Below, piece by piece: positions 38,223-46,972 of a stretch of 64,000 bases of DNA. The stretch spans positions 1-64,000 of IMG/VR virus record IMGVR_UViG_3300005826_000001. The stretch is one strand, 5' to 3'. The notes under the pieces were generated by a model. The model saw only the letters and a program-made list of their open reading frames with translations, had not been told where the DNA came from and made no database searches. The translations under genes and the position numbers were made by a program. Each line of letters begins with the position of its first letter. Within the stretch, counting starts at the first letter, position 1. The DNA comes from an uncultured virus (IMG/VR IMGVR_UViG_3300005826_000001). Taxonomy: Duplodnaviria > Heunggongvirae > Uroviricota > Caudoviricetes.

Positions 38223-38918
38223 ATGAAGCTGTACCACGGCACCTCCGCCGACGTTGCCCGACGGGCACCCTCCGAGGGGCTGGCCCCACGGGCGGTCACC
38301 CGTCGGAAGTCCAACTGGCGTATCGGCTCCACTGACCAGCTGGTGTATCTCACGAGCACCTATGCTCTTCACTTCGCCTTCAACGCCACCTCCGAGGGCG
38401 AGCGTTGGGGGGTCGTGGAGGTGGACACAGACCGTTTGGACCAATCCCTCATGTATCCCGATGAAGACTTTTTGGAGCAGATATCCCGAGGGGTGCACAC
38501 TCGCCACACGGCGCCGCCAACCAAGGTCGACATCCAGGAGCGCACGCTTTGGTATCGGGAGCGGCTTTTGGAGTACCAACCGCTGTGGCAGGACTCGCTG
38601 GACAATCTCGGGTGTATCGGCTACAGGGGCAAGATGCCCGGTTCAGCGGTGACTCGGGTGTCGCTGTATGATCCCGAGAGCAATCCGACGGTGACCGGGA
38701 TGGCCATCGACGGGATGGTGCTGGTGGCCAACTACAGGGTGTGCGGGGACATGCATCGAGCGTTGACGGAGTGGGTGATGGGCGACGCGGTGGCGCCACA
38801 GCGTCTGTGTATCGGATGGGAGCTGCTCCCGGAGCAGCACCAGGAGCGCTTCGCGTCGGCGCTGAACGACACCTCGGGCATCGAGATCGTCTATGATCGG
38901 AGCGGCGACCATCTTTAA
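38223..38918 (+). CDS. ADP-ribosyltransferase-fold-like protein (YHGT type)
   Basis: LYHGTS...GL.PR...VYLT...A..FA...V.EV. Confidence 0.45.
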   Translation: MKLYHGTSADVARRAPSEGLAPRAVTRRKSNWRIGSTDQLVYLTSTYALHFAFNATSEGERWGVVEVDTDRLDQSLMYPDEDFLEQISRGVHTRHTAPPTKVDIQERTLWYRERLLEYQPLWQDSLDNLGCIGYRGKMPGSAVTRVSLYDPESNPTVTGMAIDGMVLVANYRVCGDMHRALTEWVMGDAVAPQRLCIGWELLPEQHQERFASALNDTSGIEIVYDRSGDHL

Positions 38919-38970
38919 TCGATGACAGGGCGCTGCGGTTCGGGGCGTGTGATCTGAGGCGACTGAACTA

Positions 38971-39306
38971 TTGGAATTCAAACTCCGGGAATTGGAGAAG
39001 ACCCCATTGTTGACCAGAAGTGCTGATTTTGTACTCAGGATGCATAAGGCGGGTGTCGACTTGCCCACAGCCAATGCTTTGATGGAGCTGGCGTCGCTGT
39101 ACGACCCGGTGATCCGGGCATCCATGACGACGTGGCTCAACCACAGGCCCGACGCGCCAGTGGCTCAAATCTTGGCCGCCTGTCTAGTTCAGCACGCGAA
39201 ATATCTCACCGAAGTCATCAAGGCGACCACAGAGCGTCAGCTTCGAGAGTGCTTGCCGCCCATGATCATACAGCAAGACAACCACTTCAAGCAGGACGGA
39301 GGGTGA
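38971..39306 (+). CDS. Hypothetical protein
   Basis: TTG start with GAGG RBS. Confidence 0.45.
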   Translation: MEFKLRELEKTPLLTRSADFVLRMHKAGVDLPTANALMELASLYDPVIRASMTTWLNHRPDAPVAQILAACLVQHAKYLTEVIKATTERQLRECLPPMIIQQDNHFKQDGG

Positions 39307-39307
39307 G

Positions 39308-39577
39308 ATGCTCTACAGCGACGACAGACGCATCCAGTTCGCTGTGCTGAAGGGGTGCGTGGAGCATGGGCAAGCGGGTGCTTACTTCGGGAGCTGGTTG
39401 GGGCTGGAACACCATGTCCAGACCGTGATTGACGCCGGGTGGATAGACTCGGACTGCAAGCCCACTGAACGAGGGTGGACGGTGTATGACCAAAGGGATT
39501 TGGCGTCACTTCCGCAGGTGCCCGGCAGGCGTTGGTATTTGTGGACGTGGAGCAAGAAGCAGCGAGGTTGGGAATGA
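39308..39577 (+). CDS. Hypothetical protein
   Basis: GGAGGG RBS. Confidence 0.5.
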   Translation: MLYSDDRRIQFAVLKGCVEHGQAGAYFGSWLGLEHHVQTVIDAGWIDSDCKPTERGWTVYDQRDLASLPQVPGRRWYLWTWSKKQRGWE

Positions 39578-39845
39578 CGGAGTTGACTTTGGCGGTCTTG
39601 GAGAACATGCTCAATCGCGCTATGCGGAACCGATGCGACGGCGCCGCCGCCAACTACGCGGCGGCCATCGAGGTTCTACAGCGGAGAATTGAGGGGCAGC
39701 GCGCTGGCACGCGTGGGATAGACCAAGGGTTGCCAGACCCTGAAACCGAGCACCGGTTTCCAAGCCGGAGGGCCTGCGTGGTCGGCGGGGGTGCCTTGAC
39801 GGCACCTAAGCTCTACATCCCAGCCCCACCCTCCGAGCGAGGGCG

Positions 39846-40088
39846 TCAAGGCGCGGTGTAGTCAGCCTCAAAGATCTGAACGGCGACGGTCACGCAGTAG
39901 GCAGCAAGCTCTTCAGCGGTGAGAGTCTGGAAGGCACCCGCGCCCATGCCTTCCAGGACGCAAGCGCCCGCAAGCTCCTGCACTTTCTTGGTAGGATCTT
40001 TGGGTTTGGGATCAGGGCCAGCGATGCTGCTGGCGACGGGCACGACCATAGCAAGGGCAAGCCCGAGGGCGATGATCACTTTATGCAT
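39846..40088 (-). CDS. Small secreted protein
   Basis: GGGAGG RBS on the minus strand; signal peptide MHKVIIALGLALAMVVPVASSIA. Confidence 0.65.
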   Translation of the reverse strand: MHKVIIALGLALAMVVPVASSIAGPDPKPKDPTKKVQELAGACVLEGMGAGAFQTLTAEELAAYCVTVAVQIFEADYTAP

Positions 40089-40149
40089 TGTTGTCCTCCC
40101 TTGAGTACAGTCTAGCCGAAGCTGCTCAAGCGAGCTATCCTGCCGGGAC

Positions 40150-40375
40150 CCTGGATGCTGGAGATTTGGCGTCGGCGGAATGTATGCCGCCGGTCAACAG
40201 CAGGAATTGACCTGAGTCTGTGGAGCACAGGCGAGCCGGGGAACACAGCGCGATGTCTGTTGGCCAGCATCGCGCCGCTCTGCCGGTCATAATCCCTTCG
40301 CGGAAAGCCGATGGCTGCGAAGCAGGCAAATCGTGACGCCGTGGAACAGGGAGGTTCCACACCTCCGGCACCAGG
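40150..40375 (+). ncRNA. Candidate structured non-coding RNA (~225 nt, multibranched)
   Basis: Closing stem 40150-40163/40363-40375, inner stem GGCGTC/GACGCC and six internal hairpins, found by eye; strand uncertain. Confidence 0.5.
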
Positions 40376-40395
40376 TAACTGAACAGGAGCGCAAG

Positions 40396-40575
40396 ATGTC
40401 AGAAAAACAAATCAAGAAGGTGAAGGAAACAACAGTGAAGCTGGCAGTGGCGGCGATGTCCGCCAAAGCATTTGAGAATTTTGACTCCGATGAACTAGCC
40501 CAATATTGTTGGGACGTTGCGGCGGCCATCGACGCCTTTGACGACGATGACATTGAAGAGGATGATGACGAATGA
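40396..40575 (+). CDS. Small acidic protein resembling the divergent secreted protein
   Basis: AGGAG RBS; AF..F...ELA.YC..VA..I. Confidence 0.55.
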   Translation: MSEKQIKKVKETTVKLAVAAMSAKAFENFDSDELAQYCWDVAAAIDAFDDDDIEEDDDE

Positions 40576-40802
40576 AGATGACGTTTGGCGAAGCACTTGA
40601 GCAGCTCAGAATCGGCGGCAAGGTCTACCGCGAAGGATGGAATGGCAAGGGCATGTGGCTCGCGTTGCAGGAGCCGGATGAGAACTCAAAGATGACTTTA
40701 CCATACATCTACATGAGCACGGTGACAGGGGACCTCGTGCCTTGGCTGGCATCGCAGACCGACATCCTGGCGATTGATTGGTGTCGGATAGATGAGGGGT
40801 GA
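40572..40802 (+). CDS. DUF2829 / Tad2-like (Thoeris anti-defence) protein
   Basis: MTFGEAL..L..G.KV.R.GWNGKGMWL...PWLASQTDILA.DW is the DUF2829 signature. Confidence 0.8.
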   Translation: MKMTFGEALEQLRIGGKVYREGWNGKGMWLALQEPDENSKMTLPYIYMSTVTGDLVPWLASQTDILAIDWCRIDEG

Positions 40803-41219
40803 ATTGCGAATCAGCAAACGCGCCCATCTTTGTCGCCGTTGCGCGGCTCAATCCAAATGATCAAAGTCCATCACGTTATCGGCTTGAGCACCTTCTGTCG
40901 CCAGCCGCTCGTGAATTTGATACCACTCGACCAACACCGTTGGATACGGGTCGGAACCATCGTGGACCGTCGGAGGATCATGGACGGCGCCGAGATGTGT
41001 CCGGTGTGCGCCGCCGAATATGAAGCGTGGTTGGAATATCAACGTCCAGCTCCAGGGGAGGGAGATGGCGTGCGATCAAGACTTCATGGTGGCAGTTGTG
41101 TTGGCGACAATCGTGGTGGGGGCGATTGAGTTTCGCCGGTGGAAAGAAGGGCGGCAACGGCGCTTCTGGATGAAAATGATAGAGCACCAAGAGAAGTTCG
41201 ACAGAGAAAGCAAGGAGCG

Positions 41220-41576
41220 ATGAACGGACAAGACCAGGGGCAGCGGGTGGAGCTGTTGTCAGCGATGCAAGGGATGGGCGCGTGGGTGGCGGAGGTGGAG
41301 AAGCGCTTTGCGGATCTCCGTCGCATCGCCGACGCCGCCGGCATCCAAGGGTGGACGCAAGCGTTTGTCGCGGTGCTTCACGGAATCAAGACCGCTTCGG
41401 CTCAAGCTCAATTGGCCGCCGAGCAATTTGTCATCGCATCGCAGGCGCTTGATGTTACGATAGGTGGGTTGGTGAAGCATCTCGGACCCGAGGTGGTGAG
41501 CAAGTTGATTCCGGAGCCGCCCTTCAAGGTGGTGAAGATGGACGATGACAGCGCGGAGATTTCCCGGCTGAACTGA
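41220..41576 (+). CDS. Hypothetical helical protein
   Basis: AAGGAG RBS; ATGA overlap. Confidence 0.5.
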   Translation: MNGQDQGQRVELLSAMQGMGAWVAEVEKRFADLRRIADAAGIQGWTQAFVAVLHGIKTASAQAQLAAEQFVIASQALDVTIGGLVKHLGPEVVSKLIPEPPFKVVKMDDDSAEISRLN

Positions 41577-41584
41577 GGTTTGCG

Positions 41585-41806
41585 ATGTTTGACGATGATG
41601 AAGAGCCACAGGATGAAGAGACGCGGTTGATGACCGACAGGGGCATGGTGGTGGTCCGAGTGGATCGGCGCGGGGATGTGCATCTGGGATTGTCCAGGAC
41701 ATCGGATGCCGACCACGAGTGCGAGGTTGAGTTGCAACTGACACCGAGGCAGCTCCGCTCCCTGGCTGATGAGCTACGCTACTTGTCATCCAAAGAGAGT
41801 GAATGA
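41585..41806 (+). CDS. Hypothetical protein
   Basis: GAGGT RBS. Confidence 0.5.
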   Translation: MFDDDEEPQDEETRLMTDRGMVVVRVDRRGDVHLGLSRTSDADHECEVELQLTPRQLRSLADELRYLSSKESE

Positions 41807-42342
41807 GCCCGGTGGATAACAAGGGAGGGCTCGTGGACGACACCGAAGTGACACATCTGCGCCGACGGATTCAGGAGCTGGACGCTGAATTGGCCGAGAA
41901 TGTGTCTAGGCGCAGCGCAGCGGAAGCGTCTGTGTCTAGGCTCCAGGGCGAGCTAGAACAGGCTAAGAACGCAACGCGAGCGTGCGACGCGTGTGTCGGG
42001 CTCTTGGACGTCATCGTGGCAGATCGGATCATCGGCACCCTCCGGCGTTTGTGGGCAGAGATGCCACTGGCTCTTGAAGAGCTGACTGAGTGTCGCGTGA
42101 AGGGCGAGGATGGCGAAACCTCCCTGTTGATCGTGCTCAACGAGGTGGCCGGGCGCTTCGCCGACGGATATGGACGCATCGGTGCCGTGTATGATCTGTT
42201 GTGCGAGAAACACGGGCCAGATCATGAAGGGTTGGAGGTGGCCAAGGGGCTCAAGGAGGGGTCGCCTTGCCCCATCGCGGGGTGCGAGGGCTCGATCAAA
42301 CGGGGTCGCCTGCTAGGGTTCAGGAGGACACGTGCCCAATGA
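41803..42342 (+). CDS. Hypothetical coiled-coil protein
   Basis: ATGA overlap. Confidence 0.5.
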   Translation: MSPVDNKGGLVDDTEVTHLRRRIQELDAELAENVSRRSAAEASVSRLQGELEQAKNATRACDACVGLLDVIVADRIIGTLRRLWAEMPLALEELTECRVKGEDGETSLLIVLNEVAGRFADGYGRIGAVYDLLCEKHGPDHEGLEVAKGLKEGSPCPIAGCEGSIKRGRLLGFRRTRAQ

Positions 42343-42598
42343 GCCCATCCCAAAACGCAAGGCGCGGCGACCACCCGTCAATCAGAATGGGTTACAGCAT
42401 GGCACCATCGCCGATTCAAGGGAGGTGATATCCCGATTGAGGCGACGCTCATTTGCCCAGTTTGCGGTCGTGGATTGACTTCGCACCAGGGTGGATTGGT
42501 ATGCTTCAATTGTCGCAACGTGATTGAAACGGGTTGCGATTGATCGACGGAAGCTGTGCTTTCAATTGGTCCGTCAAGGGACCGGACAGGAGGATGTT

Positions 42599-42829
42599 AT
42601 GAGTGAATACACAATGAAGTTCAACGAGGCAGATGAGGCGTTGTCGGCCATCAATGGCGAGTCCTATTGGAATGTGTTGGATCAATTCTCGGGAGCGCTA
42701 TTGGAGGCCATTGACGATGCCGATGATGAGAGCCTGAAGGTGCTCATCCACGTCAAAGGGTTGTTTGTGAAGGCGCTTTTGGAGCATCAAGTGATGATCC
42801 CTGAAATGTTCGAGTCAACAAAGGATTGA
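42599..42829 (+). CDS. Hypothetical protein (similar to the ORF at 43192)
   Basis: AGGAGG RBS; KF...A.ING.SY..L. Confidence 0.5.
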   Translation: MSEYTMKFNEADEALSAINGESYWNVLDQFSGALLEAIDDADDESLKVLIHVKGLFVKALLEHQVMIPEMFESTKD

Positions 42830-42844
42830 CCATGAAGGGCTGCC

Positions 42845-43186
42845 ATGACTCTGATAGAACAGCTGAAGGACAGGATTCAGGGCAAAGCGCCGAAGGGCGC
42901 CAAGCGGAGTCCCAGTTGGAGCAAGATCAGGGCAGCCCATCTAGTAACACATCCGGTTTGCCAGGTGTGCGGGAGCTCAAAGAGGCTGGAAGTCCACCAC
43001 AAAATCCCGTTTCACCTGGCGCCGGACATGGAGCTTTCAACGTCCAACCTGATGACCTTGTGCGAAAACAGACGCTATGGGATCAATTGTCACTTGCTTA
43101 TCGGCCATCTAGGCAATTATCGTCGTTTCAACAGCGAAGTGTATTTGGATGCGATGATCTGGATGCACAAGCTGAAGGGAGGATAG
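42845..43186 (+). CDS. Small HNH endonuclease
   Basis: W...R...L..HP.CQVCG...EVHH..P...NL.TLC...CH. Confidence 0.85.
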   Translation: MTLIEQLKDRIQGKAPKGAKRSPSWSKIRAAHLVTHPVCQVCGSSKRLEVHHKIPFHLAPDMELSTSNLMTLCENRRYGINCHLLIGHLGNYRRFNSEVYLDAMIWMHKLKGG

Positions 43187-43191
43187 TTGTC

Positions 43192-43416
43192 ATGGCCGAG
43201 GCACTGCTCAAATTTGACCTCATTGAAGAGCGTGAAGACTTCGACAACGCCATCAAGGGCAGCTCCTATCGCTCCGCGCTGTTCGACATCGACCAGTGGT
43301 TGCGTTCCAAACTCAAATATGAAGAGTTGACTGAAGCCCAACACGAAGCATACGAGACGACGCGGAAACAGCTCTGGGACATCCTGAATTCCAACGGTGT
43401 TGAAGAGCTGTGCTGA
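43192..43416 (+). CDS. Hypothetical phage protein
   Basis: GGAGG RBS; LKFDL.EE..DF..AIKG...L.DIDQ.LR..LKY. Confidence 0.6.
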   Translation: MAEALLKFDLIEEREDFDNAIKGSSYRSALFDIDQWLRSKLKYEELTEAQHEAYETTRKQLWDILNSNGVEELC

Positions 43417-43427
43417 CGGAGGGTGCG

Positions 43428-43673
43428 ATGGTGATGGATATGTCAGACCTGGAAGATCGCTTTGTGTATCACCCGCCCAACGCCAACCAGCAGCGCCAAT
43501 ACGAGAAGGTGCGCGGGATGGCTTGGGCGTTTGCCAAGTTGCTGTCAGCGGTGGTTCCAGCAGGACGGGAGAAAGCACTGGCGTTCACGCATCTGGAGCA
43601 AGCGATGATGTGGGCCAACGCCGGCATCGCTCGACACCCAGATGGGGCGTCAGAGCCATCTCCGTCAGCATAG
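43428..43673 (+). CDS. Tad1/Acb2-like helical-hairpin protein (candidate immune-signal sponge)
   Basis: RF.YH.P...GREKALAFTHLEQAMMWAN..IA resembles the RE...A.T..EEA.MW hairpin of Tad1/Acb2-type proteins. Confidence 0.6.
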   Translation: MVMDMSDLEDRFVYHPPNANQQRQYEKVRGMAWAFAKLLSAVVPAGREKALAFTHLEQAMMWANAGIARHPDGASEPSPSA

Positions 43674-43683
43674 GCTCCGCCGG

Positions 43684-44169
43684 TTACAGCCCAATCTGAT
43701 CCCAAAAGGATGCACCTTGGTCACCGGTGCAGACCACAGGCCCAGCTTCCAATTGCACTTCAGCAGCCCAATCCAATTCAGCTTCGGAGGGCGCCGCGTT
43801 GGTCAATTCCCAAACGTAGTGCGCACCCAAAGCGGGATACAGGGGGACTTCCAAAGCGCAGCCCTTCCAATTGGCTTCTACATTGCGGAGCGATTCATCA
43901 TAGCGGGCTCCGTCGATCACCGCTTCTTGTGTCCAGCGGATCTCCCGCAGCGACCTCCAAATGGAGGCATCATCGGCATCATCCAATTCCCAATGGTCTC
44001 GGGCATCGCGTCGGAATAGCTGGACAGCGAGGGTGAGATGCTCCTTGACCGGGTTGGCCCCGGTCCCATCCTCCAGCACGACAGGCACCCCATCAATCGT
44101 GTAGGATTGATTGCCCATCCCACACCCCACGAGGGCGAGAAGACAGACGGCTGCAATGACAAACTTCAT
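43684..44169 (-). CDS. Lipoprotein
   Basis: GGAGGT RBS; MKFVIAAVCLLALVG|C lipobox. Confidence 0.65.
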   Translation of the reverse strand: MKFVIAAVCLLALVGCGMGNQSYTIDGVPVVLEDGTGANPVKEHLTLAVQLFRRDARDHWELDDADDASIWRSLREIRWTQEAVIDGARYDESLRNVEANWKGCALEVPLYPALGAHYVWELTNAAPSEAELDWAAEVQLEAGPVVCTGDQGASFWDQIGL

Positions 44170-44272
44170 GGGCACCTCCCTTGTGGCAACTCTTGGAAGT
44201 GTAACCGACAGAAGGACTCCGCGCCGCTGTTTCAGCTAAGATACTTACACCACATACTTCAGCGAGGTGATC

Positions 44273-46078
44273 ATGAGGTTACTATCATCCATCTGCGCGG
44301 CAGCCCTGTTGGCGGGCTGCTCTGTGATCCAATTCCGGCTGCACAAACCCGAGCCCGTGCTGTTGCATGCCTATTCGCAGTTGCCGACCAGCAGCGCTGC
44401 GATCAAGAACCTGAACAGGGACTCGGACGGGGATGAATGGATGGTGGGTGGGTTGATCCTCCCTGAAAAACAAGAGCTGGAGCAGGTGCCGGTGTTACAG
44501 CTTCCCGCGCGGGCGCGCGGGCTCGCGGGCGCGTTGCCTCGCATGGTGGACAATTCCGCCAAGAAGTATTGGCGAGGTATCTTTACTCAGAAGCACGGGA
44601 GCTGTGCTCAGGCCAGCGCTATCGCCTATGTCTATGGCTATGAGGTCAATCGGCTCCGGAACCTGGACGCCAGCGACCCTGTGAATAAGTATCCCACGCA
44701 CTGGACATACAACTTTGTCAATGCCGGATATGATCGGGGCTCGTGGATGATGTGGGGCTGGGAAGTTGGCAAGAGTCTAGGGATCCCGAGTGCCAAGGCA
44801 TACGGGACAGAAACCGGCTATGATCTGCAATATTGGCCATCTGACTATGCCGTGTATGAGGACGCCATCGACAACCGGGTGGACCGATACTTCATCATGC
44901 GCATTGACACCAAGGCGACGCTGGAGCAGTTCAAGCGCTATCTGTACAACCACGGAGCTGATGGCCAAGATGGCGGGGTGGTGTCCATCGCCGCCGGCTG
45001 GTCAACGGGCTACACAGAGGCACGCATCCCAGAGGGCCAACACGGCGCCGGCAAGAAGCTCATTCAGAGCTTCGGAGCCCAAGTCAACCACGCGGTCACC
45101 ATTGTGGGCTATGACGACGACATCTGCCACGACTTCAACGGGGATGGCATCTGCACGGATGATGTGGACTTGAACGGGGATGAGAAGATTGACCTGAAGG
45201 ACGCCGAGAAGGGCGCCTTCATCATGGCCAACTCTTGGGGTGTCGGGTGGGGCAACGACGGATACATCTACATCCCATATCGGCTGGGTGCTGTCGGTCA
45301 CGCAGAGGGTGGCATCTACATGAGCTATGTGTATGGGGTGATTCCTCGGGTCGACAAGGACAAGCAGTTGGTGTTGCGCCTGGCCATGCAGCACGACAAG
45401 CGCAACAAGCTCCGCCTGATGAGCACCTATGAGCGGGCCAAGGACAACAAGAAGCCCTCCAACTACAGCTACTATGGCTTGCAGGCGAGCGGCGGCAACT
45501 ATCCGCTCAACGGCAAGGACGGAGGGGCGGTCACCTTCGGGTTGGACCTCGATCTGCTGTTGGGCAATGAGAATCTGAAGCAAACACTGGACATCGGGAG
45601 CGTCGTGGACGCGGCCAGCGGCGGCGTCGGCAAAATTTTGTCAATGGAGATTGTGGACTATGTGAACAACAAGGTGACAGTCGCTGACGCTCGGGATGTC
45701 AACATTGAGACCGGCCGCAACATCGTCCGGACCCTTTGGGACTCCGATGCCGATCCGGATCCGGAGCCGTTGAAGCCATGTCGAGTTGGGCCTGTGGCCA
45801 ATGCCGGCGCAGACATGATGGTCGGCGAATATTGCGCGCTGACGCTCGATGCGACAGGCTCCTATGATGCCGACGGCAAAATTGTCAAATATTCTTGGTC
45901 CCAATTGTATGGCCCTCAGAAGTTGGAGATCAAGAATGCCGACCAGGTGGCGGCGACAATCCTGATCCCCGTTGTGAAGGCAGATGAGCGCTATGCCTTC
46001 CGAATCACGATCACCGACAATGATGGATTTGTGACATCGGATAGCGTCGATGTGTTGGTGATCGATCGGTTTGAATGA
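44273..46078 (+). CDS. Papain-like (C1) cysteine peptidase lipoprotein with C-terminal PKD/Ig-like domain
   Basis: Lipobox LLAGC; Q.HGSC, NHAVTIVGY and NSWG..WG.DGY; DxNGDG Ca-binding repeats; PVANAG.D...LDATGSYD.DG.I..Y.W.Q. Confidence 0.85.
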   Translation: MRLLSSICAAALLAGCSVIQFRLHKPEPVLLHAYSQLPTSSAAIKNLNRDSDGDEWMVGGLILPEKQELEQVPVLQLPARARGLAGALPRMVDNSAKKYWRGIFTQKHGSCAQASAIAYVYGYEVNRLRNLDASDPVNKYPTHWTYNFVNAGYDRGSWMMWGWEVGKSLGIPSAKAYGTETGYDLQYWPSDYAVYEDAIDNRVDRYFIMRIDTKATLEQFKRYLYNHGADGQDGGVVSIAAGWSTGYTEARIPEGQHGAGKKLIQSFGAQVNHAVTIVGYDDDICHDFNGDGICTDDVDLNGDEKIDLKDAEKGAFIMANSWGVGWGNDGYIYIPYRLGAVGHAEGGIYMSYVYGVIPRVDKDKQLVLRLAMQHDKRNKLRLMSTYERAKDNKKPSNYSYYGLQASGGNYPLNGKDGGAVTFGLDLDLLLGNENLKQTLDIGSVVDAASGGVGKILSMEIVDYVNNKVTVADARDVNIETGRNIVRTLWDSDADPDPEPLKPCRVGPVANAGADMMVGEYCALTLDATGSYDADGKIVKYSWSQLYGPQKLEIKNADQVAATILIPVVKADERYAFRITITDNDGFVTSDSVDVLVIDRFE

Positions 46079-46080
46079 TG

Positions 46081-46938
46081 TTACTCGGAGGCAGCGGCGC
46101 GGCGGATATCAGCGGCGTCTGACAGGCGGCACGCGATAGACTTCAGCACCAGCTCCAGGGCGTTGTCAACGGCCAAGCTGTAGGGTGTCGGCTCGGAGTC
46201 GCCGCCGGGACCGCAGCAGCCATCGGGGCAGCGACCTGCGAGCAGGTTGGCGACGATGTATGCGCCGGTGAGCTCGTCAACTTCAGGGGAGGATTCCATG
46301 TGCGCCTTCAGCCGGCTGTCGAACCTGGACCGGATCTCCTCAATGCTCGGCAAGGTTGTGTCGCTCGGTGCCGTCGCTGGCGCTTCTGCGTGCGCGGCGG
46401 CTTGGGGCTGGGTACTGGCCTGCGGGTTGCTCGCCGCTGCCGGAGGGGGCGTTTTAGCGTCTGAAGCGTGGCTGTGGCTGCTGGGGCGGCTCGTGGTCTT
46501 GTGACCGCCCTTGCCGGCGCAGACGGGGCCCAGACCGCTGGCGATGGACTCCGGGACGGTGAGCTTGCGGCCGCAGGCGCCGCAGCTGCCGGCGTGCCAA
46601 AACTCGATGCCGCTGATGTCGGCGTTGTCGAGCAGACGGGCTAGGAACCAGCAGAAGCCCTTGGCACTCGGAGCGTCGGAGCGGACGCGGCTTTTGGCTG
46701 TGAAGCGGACGGTGCGCGCGTTGTTCGGGAAGATCACGCCCATGTAGCTGTAGGATGACTCGTTGTCCGTGCCGCTGAGGAGCCCGATGAAATAAGGGCG
46801 ATCCTCTTCATCGCCGTCGGCGCGTTTGACTTTATAGGTGAAGCGGGTGCCGGTCTTGACGCTGACGAGGGTGAAAGTCGCGTTGCCCGCGAAAAGGAAG
46901 TTGCGGATGGTCTCGTGGTCGGTGATCTTTGCTGACAT
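46081..46938 (-). CDS. Hypothetical early protein with DUF6011-like Zn motif
   Basis: CGACGRKLT.PESI..G.GPVC; GGAGACAGCCATG start downstream of promoter copy 5. Confidence 0.7.
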   Translation of the reverse strand: MSAKITDHETIRNFLFAGNATFTLVSVKTGTRFTYKVKRADGDEEDRPYFIGLLSGTDNESSYSYMGVIFPNNARTVRFTAKSRVRSDAPSAKGFCWFLARLLDNADISGIEFWHAGSCGACGRKLTVPESIASGLGPVCAGKGGHKTTSRPSSHSHASDAKTPPPAAASNPQASTQPQAAAHAEAPATAPSDTTLPSIEEIRSRFDSRLKAHMESSPEVDELTGAYIVANLLAGRCPDGCCGPGGDSEPTPYSLAVDNALELVLKSIACRLSDAADIRRAAASE

Positions 46939-46972
46939 GGCTGTCTCCGTTGTTTCCCTTGTCCGTCTATCT

